Shown here: one piece after another, positions 6,615 through 14,981 of the stretch | How the letters are laid out: every line of letters starts with the position of its first letter | Position numbering within the stretch: the stretch's first letter is position 1 | Virus record (IMG/VR): IMGVR_UViG_3300044233_005192 | Location: 1 to 25,986 of that record | DNA length: 25,986 nt | Strand: one strand, 5' to 3' | Origin: a virus | Taxonomy: Duplodnaviria > Caudoviricetes | Position numbers and translations under genes: made by a program | Notes under the pieces: model-generated | Told to the model about the DNA's origin: nothing | Seen by the model: only the letters and a program-made list of their open reading frames with translations | The model's database searches: none

Positions 6615-9172
6615 TATTCTTTTCCTTTACGTTTAAACATAACATATTTATCATGTTTTCTCTCCACTTTTAATTTGTTTTTATCTGCCAATGCATTTGT
6701 GAGAGTGACTGTGGTTTGTTTGTTCGTTGCATCGTGGGAGAGAGTAAATTGCGGTTCAAAATCCGCTGATCTCAATTGAGTATCTGCTTTAAGATATGTG
6801 GGCACAATGTTGTTATCGGCAGTAATAACATCACCGTATGTCAACAATGTGCTGTTATCTCGCAATTTAATATCTTCTTCATGGACTATTTCATTTAATG
6901 TGTATGTGTTTGTACTGCCATCACCGGTGAATTCTGCAGGCGATACTACACTTGAGTCTACAACATACCTGTCTACAATAAATTTTATTTTTTTGAAATC
7001 TATTGCCTTATCTGCAATTCTCTTTTTCACAAAGTTTGCTTTATCAGGCTTACAATAGGCTATCACTATTGCAGGTGTATAACCTAAAGGCACACCTGTT
7101 GTGGTTTGAGCAGTTCTCATCCATAATGGTAAATGCACGTAATCTTTATGTCCTAGGCTTTTCATTTGTGTTTGCATATTGGCCACAGCGTTTGGATAGA
7201 CCTTTTCAAAGAATCCCACGTCTGCTGACAAAGGATTTGCGTATCTAATTTTACTTCCTGCAATACTAAAACTAAAACCACCATCTGTTGTTACATCGTA
7301 TATGTTGGTGTTAGTGTGTAGATATAAATCATCTGCCCTCGGCCCTATCATCGGCTGTGCAATATCATTCCTTAGTGTAATTGATTTAGATACAGCAATA
7401 CCATCATTGTTTACTAATGGGTCTTTTACTTCTATGTAAACGACTTCGTAAACAGTTGAATCGTTGTCTTTTGCCACTGCTGTTTTCACGTCACCAAGAT
7501 AAAATGTCTTAGGTTCGTGATTCAATTCCATTTGATTTTGTATAGCGGTCAATGTCTTACTCTCTAATCCAGACAATAAAAGCATGTTTACCGAATCCGG
7601 CATGCCAAATTTTGGATCATCGGGCCTAAAAACATTGTCACTATTATTGATATTTGGATCCTGCGAAATTTGATAAAACAGATCTTTATCAGAAAGTGAA
7701 TTTGTTTTGTTTGAAATATTTCCTCTGACGTTAAGATTTCCATAAGTTTTGCTGTATGGTAAACTTACAGTGATGTTGAATTCTTTTGATGTTGCTTGAC
7801 TTTGATATTGATCACTTGCACTTATTGTAAAAGTGTATTTTCTATCAAAACTTGTTGTGTTTGAGTCAAATGTTACTTCATTGGCATCTAGTTTTGTAAA
7901 TTCGGCAGACTTTATGACCCCAACAATATTTCCTTGCTCACTCAAAGTTAAACCTGTTGGTAAAGATCCTTCAGTAATTTGATATGTTATAACCCTATTT
8001 GTGTTATCAGATTGTGCTTCCACTGATAATAGGCTAGGAAAGCCAGGTGTTATAGTGCCCAGGTCTGAATCGGTTGTAAAAGCAAGTCCGATATCTATAT
8101 CGCCTATAACCTTTAATGAAAAATTTTGATCTGTAAAAACATTCACTCCTGTGGATGCCACTCTGTTTGCTCTCACTGTAAAATTAGAAGTTGTTTCTAT
8201 TGCTGTTTGATTAGGCAAAGTGCCTGTGATTTCTCCTGAATTTAGATCAAGGCTGAGTCCTGTTGGCAATGATCCTTCTATAATTGTGTACTCTAGGTCT
8301 GCCTGCAACGGATCAAAGTCTACAACATCTATTTTTATGTTTACATTGTTGTTGTGTCTTACTGTGCCAAGATTTGTACCTGTCAAGAATATTGGACGTC
8401 TGTTAGCACTCAAACTCATTAATAAAGGAAAATCGTTGTAAGTCTTCATGTCACATGTTAATCTATCGTTGTCAACTCTAAAGAAATCCGCTGTGTAAAC
8501 AAAAATACTGTTTACCTGTGTGACGCTGTTCGTGCCGTCGGTTACTCTTACTATGAATTCATAATTAACAGATCTACTTTTGCTAGTCACAGTTCTATCA
8601 TAAACGAAATCGTCATAAGTTTCGTCGCCTGCATATCCACCAATGTTGCCAAGTCCGGCGTCTGCTAATTGCACTGTGCCACTTATCAGTCCAGATGTTG
8701 ACATAGTCACTCCTGGAGGAAGGCTACCTTCTGTGATGTCATAAACCAGCGTCTGTCCTGTGGCAGTATCTGAATCGACAGCCTCCATTTGAAACTCGAC
8801 TTCGCTTCCATCCAAAACCCAAAAGTTGCTTGGTCTCGTACTATCCGCGAGATCAAGTTGTCCTGACGCAGTGCTAAAAGTTGGAGAATCTGCACCAATG
8901 ATTTCCAGAGAAAAAGTTCTATCAGCAACGTTTGTTCCGTCTGTTACTCTGATTGTGAAAGTGTGTAAGGATCTGTCAGCAACTTCAAAAGGCGTGCCAT
9001 GTAATAAACCTGTGCTGGAGATATCAATGCCGCTCGGAAATTCTCCGGAAATTTTGCTGTAGGTTAGCGTATCTCCGTCTGAGTCGGTAGCAGTCAATTG
9101 TAGAGAATAGTATTCTCTCTCATTAATAGTGGCTAGTTTTCCGCTAGTTGTTGACCATATTGGTACTGCCAT
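6614..9172 (-). CDS. Putative baseplate wedge/structural protein with tandem He_PIG/cadherin-like Ig domains
   Basis: Four repeats of the type Y.I..GSLP.GL.L...G.I.G followed by FT(I/V)R(V/A)TDG; AAGGAG Shine-Dalgarno and TAAATA upstream. Confidence 0.75.
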   Translation of the reverse strand: MAVPIWSTTSGKLATINEREYYSLQLTATDSDGDTLTYSKISGEFPSGIDISSTGLLHGTPFEVADRSLHTFTIRVTDGTNVADRTFSLEIIGADSPTFSTASGQLDLADSTRPSNFWVLDGSEVEFQMEAVDSDTATGQTLVYDITEGSLPPGVTMSTSGLISGTVQLADAGLGNIGGYAGDETYDDFVYDRTVTSKSRSVNYEFIVRVTDGTNSVTQVNSIFVYTADFFRVDNDRLTCDMKTYNDFPLLMSLSANRRPIFLTGTNLGTVRHNNNVNIKIDVVDFDPLQADLEYTIIEGSLPTGLSLDLNSGEITGTLPNQTAIETTSNFTVRANRVASTGVNVFTDQNFSLKVIGDIDIGLAFTTDSDLGTITPGFPSLLSVEAQSDNTNRVITYQITEGSLPTGLTLSEQGNIVGVIKSAEFTKLDANEVTFDSNTTSFDRKYTFTISASDQYQSQATSKEFNITVSLPYSKTYGNLNVRGNISNKTNSLSDKDLFYQISQDPNINNSDNVFRPDDPKFGMPDSVNMLLLSGLESKTLTAIQNQMELNHEPKTFYLGDVKTAVAKDNDSTVYEVVYIEVKDPLVNNDGIAVSKSITLRNDIAQPMIGPRADDLYLHTNTNIYDVTTDGGFSFSIAGSKIRYANPLSADVGFFEKVYPNAVANMQTQMKSLGHKDYVHLPLWMRTAQTTTGVPLGYTPAIVIAYCKPDKANFVKKRIADKAIDFKKIKFIVDRYVVDSSVVSPAEFTGDGSTNTYTLNEIVHEEDIKLRDNSTLLTYGDVITADNNIVPTYLKADTQLRSADFEPQFTLSHDATNKQTTVTLTNALADKNKLKVERKHDKYVMFKRKGKE

Positions 9173-9189
9173 GTATTCTCCTTTGCCAG

Positions 9190-9195
9190 TATTTA
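9190..9195 (-). promoter_or_regulatory. Putative late promoter (ATAAATA)
   Basis: Intergenic, upstream of the structural gene starting at 9172. Confidence 0.65.
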
Positions 9196-9212
9196 TGGTA
9201 TTTTATCTTCTA

Positions 9213-10808
9213 TTAAGACTTGTCGTAAAATGGAATAACTCTAGCAGTTCCGTTTATTTTCACTTCAAGATAGCCTGTAGGTTGTCCCGGTAATGCATTG
9301 GCACCACCCGCCGATCCAACAGTAGTCTGTGTAGCGGTTCTAAAGTCTACAACACCTGTTCCTTGAGTATCTACTTGTATATCACCATTTGTGATATCAC
9401 TTTGAAGTTTATCAGTTCTCAATACAGGAAACTCACCAACGTTGGCTTGAATTTCGCCTGCTGTCAATAGGCTTGTTGCTACAATATTCTGACCAGCCGC
9501 CGCAGTCAATGTAATACTGCCTGATGTTGCACTAATAACGTTTCCGTCTATTCTGATATTGTCTGCATTTAATTGTCCGTTTACAGTTGCCGTACCTGTT
9601 ATTGTTTGACCTATTGTGGTCATTGCATTTTGCACGTCCACAGTACCTGTGCCATTTGCACTGATTTCTAAGTCAGCATTTGAGGCATTTGTTGTAATTT
9701 TGTTGTCTTTAATTCTTACGTAATCTATGTTTGCCTGACCTGTAATAACATGATTTCCTGTCTGTGAAGTATCAAACGTGCCAGTCAGTTCATCTAATAT
9801 TTCAACTTTACCAGTTCCTTGTCCTTGAAGTTGTAGGTTTGCGTTAGTTTCTGCTGAGGTGATAACGTTATCGTTGATAGTAACACCATCGAGTGTTGAA
9901 CTTCCTGTAACAGATAAACTTGCTCCTGACAATGTAGTGAATGCACCAGTAGAGGCACTTGCCGCACCGATTGTAGTACCGTCTATGGCACCACCACCTA
10001 TGTCAACATCATTTATAACTACATTTCCTGAACCGTTTCCTGCAAGTGTCAAACTTCCGTTGGTATCAATATTTGTAATTGTGCTACCATTTATTTGAAC
10101 ATTATCTATTTCCGCTACACCTGTAACTTGTAATGTACCTGTTTGATTTACGTTTCCTGTCTGTGTGGTATTTCCTGTTATTCCTAAATCACCAGTGTGT
10201 GTGATCGCACCTGTAAAAACCATAGGAGCGATAACTTCAACACTACCTGTGCCATTTGCGTCCAGTTGTAAATTTGCATTGGACGTAGAGGTTGTAATTT
10301 TGTTATCTTTTATTCTAATCTCGCTATCAACTAATAGGTTGTTGATGGCCACGTGGCCTGTGCCGTTACCGTTAACATTCAAATTTCCATTTGTAACTAT
10401 TGACGTGATCGTGCTACCATCTATCTGTACATTGTCTGCCTCGAACTTACCTGTAACCTGGATATTATCACCAGCGGCATTACCTAAGTTTATGTTTCCG
10501 TTGGCAATGATGTTTCCTGAGGCTGTAAGATTGCCTGTAACATTAGTATTGCTTTGCAGTTCGATGGTACCTGTACCGTTTGCACTTACAGTAATGTTAC
10601 CGTTTGTTATTCCAGAAGTGATTGATTTGTTGTTAACATCTAGGTTTCCTCCCAATTGGGGAGTAGTGTCTTCGAGTAAATCATTCGCTTCAGCGGTTGT
10701 GCCGTACAACTCTGAAAAGTTGTCATTAATTTTGTCAAATGCTGTTCTTAACGGATCACCTGTTCCGTCGTTTGCTGTTGTTCCGATATTGATAGTTTGT
10801 TGTGCCAT
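9213..10808 (-). CDS. Tail fibre/baseplate protein with T4 gp9/gp10-like N-terminus and internal repeats
   Basis: INIGTTANDGTGDPLRTAFDKINDNFSELY; about 7 repeats of (T/S)N(G/A)x(L/I)xxxx(N/Q)GTG. Confidence 0.75.
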   Translation of the reverse strand: MAQQTINIGTTANDGTGDPLRTAFDKINDNFSELYGTTAEANDLLEDTTPQLGGNLDVNNKSITSGITNGNITVSANGTGTIELQSNTNVTGNLTASGNIIANGNINLGNAAGDNIQVTGKFEADNVQIDGSTITSIVTNGNLNVNGNGTGHVAINNLLVDSEIRIKDNKITTSTSNANLQLDANGTGSVEVIAPMVFTGAITHTGDLGITGNTTQTGNVNQTGTLQVTGVAEIDNVQINGSTITNIDTNGSLTLAGNGSGNVVINDVDIGGGAIDGTTIGAASASTGAFTTLSGASLSVTGSSTLDGVTINDNVITSAETNANLQLQGQGTGKVEILDELTGTFDTSQTGNHVITGQANIDYVRIKDNKITTNASNADLEISANGTGTVDVQNAMTTIGQTITGTATVNGQLNADNIRIDGNVISATSGSITLTAAAGQNIVATSLLTAGEIQANVGEFPVLRTDKLQSDITNGDIQVDTQGTGVVDFRTATQTTVGSAGGANALPGQPTGYLEVKINGTARVIPFYDKS

Positions 10809-10827
10809 ATTTTAATTCCTTACAGTG

Positions 10828-10833
10828 TATTTA
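10828..10833 (-). promoter_or_regulatory. Putative late promoter (ATAAATA)
   Basis: Intergenic, followed by an AAGGA Shine-Dalgarno and ATG 10808. Confidence 0.65.
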
Positions 10834-10861
10834 TTAATGATTTTGTAAACCGAATGTAAAT

Positions 10862-11629
10862 TTAACTTGCTATTAGACCGTAATTTCTCAACACTGTCAA
10901 CATTTGATTTATGATGCCTCGTAAATCCTCAACAGTTGAACCGTCATTAGCGGAAGGATCAAAAGCGATTGCGGACTGTTTAGTTACCGGTGTGGTTCCA
11001 AAGAATCCTATCTTTCCACCTGCTTCTGAAACAATTATACCACCTGTTCCTGTTGTTGTCAATTCAAGGTTACTGTTTGTTTGAACGGTCTTTATTACAT
11101 TATCTCTTATATCAATATTGCCGTCTACTAAAATGTTTGACGCCAAAAGCGATGTGAAATTACCTGTACTTTGTGTACTTGCACCTATTGTTGTGTTATC
11201 GATTGTACCAGCGTTGATATCAGCAGTTGTGGCAACTAGGCTTGATGTCGTGACCGCCGCGGCAGAATTTGCTCCAATGATCGTGCCATCTATTGCACCA
11301 CCGTTGATGTCTGCTTTTGCAATAACCACAGATCCTGTTCCACTTGCGTCCAACATAAGATCATCATTCGAACGATTTGCCTGCACATGATTGTCGTGTA
11401 TAGTGATCGCCGGCATGCGAACATCGCCTGTGCCGTTTGGCACCAACACGATGTCATCGTTTGATCTGTTAGAAGATATGTTGTTACCAGAAATTGTAAT
11501 GCCCTGATCTACCGCCGTCTCGGCATACAACTCTGTGAAGTTAGTGTTTATTTTCTGCATCGCGGTACGTAGGTCATCACCTGTACCGTCGTTAGCATTT
11601 GTTCCTATGTTAATATTTTGTCTAGCCAT
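10862..11629 (-). CDS. Short tail fibre/baseplate protein, gp9/gp10-like N-terminus
   Basis: INIGTNANDGTGDDLRTAMQKINTNFTELY; same repeat as its neighbour; C-terminal KIGFFGTTPV...LRNYGLIA. Confidence 0.7.
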   Translation of the reverse strand: MARQNINIGTNANDGTGDDLRTAMQKINTNFTELYAETAVDQGITISGNNISSNRSNDDIVLVPNGTGDVRMPAITIHDNHVQANRSNDDLMLDASGTGSVVIAKADINGGAIDGTIIGANSAAAVTTSSLVATTADINAGTIDNTTIGASTQSTGNFTSLLASNILVDGNIDIRDNVIKTVQTNSNLELTTTGTGGIIVSEAGGKIGFFGTTPVTKQSAIAFDPSANDGSTVEDLRGIINQMLTVLRNYGLIAS

Positions 11630-11630
11630 T

Positions 11631-12086
11631 TTATATTGCTTGTAAAACTAATTTTTTCCATATCGCAGTCGATCCATCATAGTTCGCTGTGCAAACATAT
11701 AAATTGGTACCGTCATATGATATAGATCCTTTCCTGTCACCTGCATTGCCAACACCGGTTGCAGTTTTTGTTTCTGTGATTATAATTCTGTCATCATTAA
11801 CAACAACGTTTCCTGTACCATTTACTCCTAGGGTCAGATCACTGTTGGTTCCGATCGGAGACACAGTGGAATTATTTACTGTCAATTGATCCACTTCTAC
11901 GATACCGGTTCCGTTGGGTTGAATAACAACATTACCGTTGGTGTTTGTGTTAGTGATAACGCCAGATCCCAGGTTACTGCTAAACAACTGGTCAAAGTTA
12001 TCGTTTATTTTACCCATAGCAACACGGATCGTGTCCCCAGTTGCTTGGTTTCCTGCTGTACCTGTGTCTATTATTAATCTAGCCAT
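11631..12086 (-). CDS. Short tail fibre/baseplate protein, gp9/gp10-like N-terminus
   Basis: IDTGTAGNQATGDTIRVAMGKINDNFDQL; C-terminal GDRKGSISYDGTNLYVCT...WKK, a motif typical of phage fibre segments. Confidence 0.7.
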   Translation of the reverse strand: MARLIIDTGTAGNQATGDTIRVAMGKINDNFDQLFSSNLGSGVITNTNTNGNVVIQPNGTGIVEVDQLTVNNSTVSPIGTNSDLTLGVNGTGNVVVNDDRIIITETKTATGVGNAGDRKGSISYDGTNLYVCTANYDGSTAIWKKLVLQAI

Positions 12087-12100
12087 ATTATGTGTACTGC

Positions 12101-12113
12101 TATTTATTAAATA
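12101..12113. promoter_or_regulatory. Back-to-back putative late promoters (TATTTA-T-TAAATA)
   Basis: 13-bp near-palindrome: minus-strand TAAATA at 12101-12106 and plus-strand TAAATA at 12108-12113, between divergent genes. Confidence 0.65.
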
Positions 12114-12119
12114 TTAGCG

Positions 12120-12398
12120 ATGTTCTTAGAAACTCTTAAAACACTCCGTTTGTACGAGAGGCAGTCAAAGTTAGGCATTTACCATACCTTCAAACGCAAA
12201 AACACAATCTACGTTTTCTGTTGTGACAGTTGTGGTGTGACCTTTATGCGTCCAAGGGCAAAGGTTGATCCGGTACGTGCCACCAATGACTACAAGCACG
12301 TTTGCAGTAATTGTGACACTAAAAAATTCGCACAGAAAGTGGGAGTTAAAATGCGAAGTGTTTACAGTCTCGATGCAAGTTCTACACTAAATCTTTGA
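12120..12398 (+). CDS. Zinc-ribbon-like hypothetical protein
   Basis: CDSC...CSNC pair; basic; its stop abuts the stop of the convergent gene (12398/12399). Confidence 0.75.
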   Translation: MFLETLKTLRLYERQSKLGIYHTFKRKNTIYVFCCDSCGVTFMRPRAKVDPVRATNDYKHVCSNCDTKKFAQKVGVKMRSVYSLDASSTLNL

Positions 12399-13172
12399 TT
12401 AGTGCCATTTGTATTGACCTCCATGGAATGTGCGCCATGTGATGTCCTTTTCTTCTCCGCGTGTAAATCTTAACAGATCAGCGTAGGTGCCACAGTAGAT
12501 GTTAGTGACATCAAAAAATTTAAACAACAATGGATTAGTCTTGATATATTCCTTACGGTTGAAATAATAAAATTTTACGTCATTGTATTTTCTTGCTGTC
12601 TGTCTCAAATGAAATAGCCATTCATATTTTAAGTAGGCCTTCATGTTTATCCTGGATGGATAGTTAGGTGTATTTTTATAAACGTTATTTTGTGGTCTCA
12701 TCATCTCACCTACAGAGGCTTCCCATTGTCTAGCACCCAAGAAATCAAAACCCAAAATTGCCACAGACTTGGCACCATTTTCCACTGCATGAAGCACAGC
12801 ACTACATCCACTGCCTCTAGTCTCTGTGAAGTCTATTGTTCTTGTCTTTCCAGTCCTAGCATCACCCCCGGTCCAAAATCTCATCAATGGTTTTCTGTGT
12901 TTGTCATGATCATGATTATCACCTTTGCAAAGATAATTCCAATCGGGTAAATCTTCTTTGTTTAATAAAGTTGCCTTGACATTTTTGTATGATCTTTTAG
13001 CATCTAATATTTCGGCATACATGTCATCGTTCACTGCCATGATGTAGTCGCAAAGATCTGGATGATCTCTATAGATGGCATTGCAACCATATATAATTCC
13101 TTTTTCTTTTAGTAGATTAAGATCAAAACTTAGCCGTGTTTCGCCATTTCCTATAACATATGTGTGTGTCAT
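12399..13172 (-). CDS. Glycosyltransferase-like protein (resembles DUF115/MAF/sialyltransferase-type fold)
   Basis: YVIGNGETR, IYGCNAIYRD, GSGCSA and AILGFDF. Start moved to ATG 13172, which overlaps the iscA stop (ATGA). Confidence 0.55.
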   Translation of the reverse strand: MTHTYVIGNGETRLSFDLNLLKEKGIIYGCNAIYRDHPDLCDYIMAVNDDMYAEILDAKRSYKNVKATLLNKEDLPDWNYLCKGDNHDHDKHRKPLMRFWTGGDARTGKTRTIDFTETRGSGCSAVLHAVENGAKSVAILGFDFLGARQWEASVGEMMRPQNNVYKNTPNYPSRINMKAYLKYEWLFHLRQTARKYNDVKFYYFNRKEYIKTNPLLFKFFDVTNIYCGTYADLLRFTRGEEKDITWRTFHGGQYKWH

Positions 13173-13504
13173 ACGCCGAACGATTCTCCACAACCACATG
13201 AAGATGTGGCATTTGGGTTGATAACTTCAAATTGAGAACCAAAAACTTCTTGTTTGTAATCGATTGTGGTTCCCATCACGTATAAAAGGCTTGTAGCATC
13301 TACAGTGAATCTTCCGTTTTCCCATTCAACTGTGTGGTCGGCTTTTTCAACATCATCCTTTGTTTTTGCAAAACCCCATTGATATTTAAATCCTGCACAT
13401 CCACCACCCTTAACAGATAACGACACAGCAAAATTTCCTGGATTATCGGTCAGTAATTTTTCTATCTGTGTCTTGGCAGTAGTTGTTATATCGAATGGTT
13501 TCAT
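13169..13504 (-). CDS. iscA: A-type Fe-S cluster carrier (IscA/HesB/ErpA family)
   Basis: GGGCAGFKY and NPNATSSCGCGESF signature motifs. Confidence 0.92.
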   Translation of the reverse strand: MKPFDITTTAKTQIEKLLTDNPGNFAVSLSVKGGGCAGFKYQWGFAKTKDDVEKADHTVEWENGRFTVDATSLLYVMGTTIDYKQEVFGSQFEVINPNATSSCGCGESFGV

Positions 13505-13508
13505 AATG

Positions 13509-13766
13509 TTAATTATCTCTTAATTTGTCCTTGATAAACCAAAATCGCATTGCTTCTCTACGGTCCTGGAAACTCATGTACGCATCTTGTTGTTCAGGAT
13601 CCCAGAATGTGTTATCATCGTATAGAGGTTCAAACCACCAACCCCATTTCTTTTTGCAGTTATCTTCACACCATTCTATAAGAGCACTGTCTACTCCATG
13701 GTCTGCTAGGTATACATCGTATTTGAATTGTTGATTATAACCACAACCTTTTGGAATTTTTTCCAT
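13509..13766 (-). CDS. Hypothetical Trp-rich protein
   Basis: 85 aa ORF (IEWCEDNCKKKWGWWF) directly behind a consensus promoter. Confidence 0.75.
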   Translation of the reverse strand: MEKIPKGCGYNQQFKYDVYLADHGVDSALIEWCEDNCKKKWGWWFEPLYDDNTFWDPEQQDAYMSFQDRREAMRFWFIKDKLRDN

Positions 13767-13772
13767 ATTATT

Positions 13773-13801
13773 ATTATAATTAAAAAAAATTATGAAGTCA
13801 A
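13773..13801 (-). promoter_or_regulatory. Sigma70-type promoter TTGACT-N17-TATAAT
   Basis: -35 at 13796-13801 and -10 at 13773-13778; ATG 6 nt downstream. Confidence 0.75.
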
Positions 13802-14332
13802 TTCTATAACGCCGCAGGCCAATCTATCACCAGCATTACCAGTTTTTAAAGATTCAGCATCTCCACCTGTCCCTAGGTCGTCTTTGTCGGCATGTACCAC
13901 TAGTCCTCTTCCTACAATAGACCTTTCACCGATTAGATCCACCCTGTCTGCTCTTATGGTAAATTTTGCAATGCCGTTCTCATCCGCTGTGATGTTACCA
14001 AGGTCCCCTATGTGTCCTTCTCCCATTTGTCCATGATCTACACCGTCGGGGTTATAGTGTCCTCCCATGCTCTCACAACCTTTTGACATGTCTCCGAATT
14101 CATGAACATGAAAACCGTGTTCGCCTGGTTTAAGTCCTGTCACTGTGCCCTTGATTAAAGTTGGTGTGCCTGGTGCCTGCATAAAAAGTATAGTGCCTTT
14201 GACATCATCGCTGTGTTGCAATTCACATTTGGCGATAGTCTGTGTCTTGTCCTCTGTTATACTTTCTAGTTTTGCACAACTGCATTCCGTTGCTCTCGTT
14301 CTCGGGCAAGATGTCATTTCAGTAAATCTCAT
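13790..14332 (-). CDS. sodC: Cu/Zn superoxide dismutase
   Basis: HGFHVH, GCESMGGHYNP, HIGDLGN, VVHADKDDLG and GNAGDRLACGVI. Start set at ATG 14332 (MRFTEM), 8 nt after TAAATA, which avoids overlap with the divergent gene. Confidence 0.95.
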   Translation of the reverse strand: MRFTEMTSCPRTRATECSCAKLESITEDKTQTIAKCELQHSDDVKGTILFMQAPGTPTLIKGTVTGLKPGEHGFHVHEFGDMSKGCESMGGHYNPDGVDHGQMGEGHIGDLGNITADENGIAKFTIRADRVDLIGERSIVGRGLVVHADKDDLGTGGDAESLKTGNAGDRLACGVIELTS

Positions 14333-14336
14333 TAGA

Positions 14337-14346
14337 TAACTATTTA
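14337..14346. promoter_or_regulatory. Overlapping divergent late-type motifs (TAACTA on +, TAAATA on -)
   Basis: TAACTATTTA lies in the 16-nt gap between ATG 14332 (-) and ATG 14349 (+). Confidence 0.5.
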
Positions 14347-14348
14347 TT

Positions 14349-14981
14349 ATGTTTGAGTGTGTAAACAAACACAAATTCCAAAAATGGCTAGACCTTCTGT
14401 ATGCAAAAGGTGGATCACTGGTTCGCATCCATAAATGCGAAATAAAATATATAGATGCACCCGAGTGGAAAACAGAACTTACTAAACATTATGAAAGTTG
14501 GCGCCATGATGACAAACACTGGACCTTCCATCATCTTAGGAATCTCTATAAACATATAAAAGCAAACGGAATAAATTTTCCTGTTGTGGCTAGGAAAAAC
14601 GCTAATGGAAAATTAAGTATTGATCCCGGCGGGTCGAGAACAATGATTGCGATGCTGTTGCAGTTGGAACACATTCCAGTAGATTACATAGTGATAGGTG
14701 ATCCTATAAAAGATCTAGTCGCACAGGGCAAAACTGTCAAAACGGCTGATGAATTTTTTGAACCATACAAAGAGGTTAAATCTAAGTGCGAGATGCAAAT
14801 GGTACGGCACGATATAACAAAAGATTTCGAGGAGTTAGAAAGTTACGAAGATTTCTGGTTCACGTTTAATTGGTTTGATATGCGACACTTTTGGCCCATA
14901 GACGATGTGTCAGAGTTCAATAAAAAATACTCAAATGTAAAAATAGAAAACTCTTTATTGTCCTATACTCTGGAGGTATAG
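14349..14981 (+). CDS. Hypothetical protein, possible degenerate ParB-like domain
   Basis: 210 aa ORF; HIKANGINFPVV...SIDPGGSRTMIA...EHIPV resembles the ParB N-terminal pattern. Confidence 0.65.
   Translation: MFECVNKHKFQKWLDLLYAKGGSLVRIHKCEIKYIDAPEWKTELTKHYESWRHDDKHWTFHHLRNLYKHIKANGINFPVVARKNANGKLSIDPGGSRTMIAMLLQLEHIPVDYIVIGDPIKDLVAQGKTVKTADEFFEPYKEVKSKCEMQMVRHDITKDFEELESYEDFWFTFNWFDMRHFWPIDDVSEFNKKYSNVKIENSLLSYTLEV

Noticed and set aside
10165-10815. 216 aa plus-strand ORF and other antisense ORFs over the structural genes
   Set aside because: Shadows of Gly/Thr/Asn-rich repetitive coding on the opposite strand, with no start signals or motifs.
9213-12086. Diversity-generating retroelement or invertible fibre cassette
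   Set aside because: No reverse transcriptase or invertase, and no near-identical DNA repeat pair differing at adenines; the repeats are diverged and mostly protein-level.
14333-14428. Longer SOD N-terminus from the ORF track
   Set aside because: It overlaps the divergent gene and spans the promoter motif; ATG 14332 fits better. Similar reasoning trimmed the starts at 13199, 16046, 17119, 20255, 20494, 22443 and 23340.
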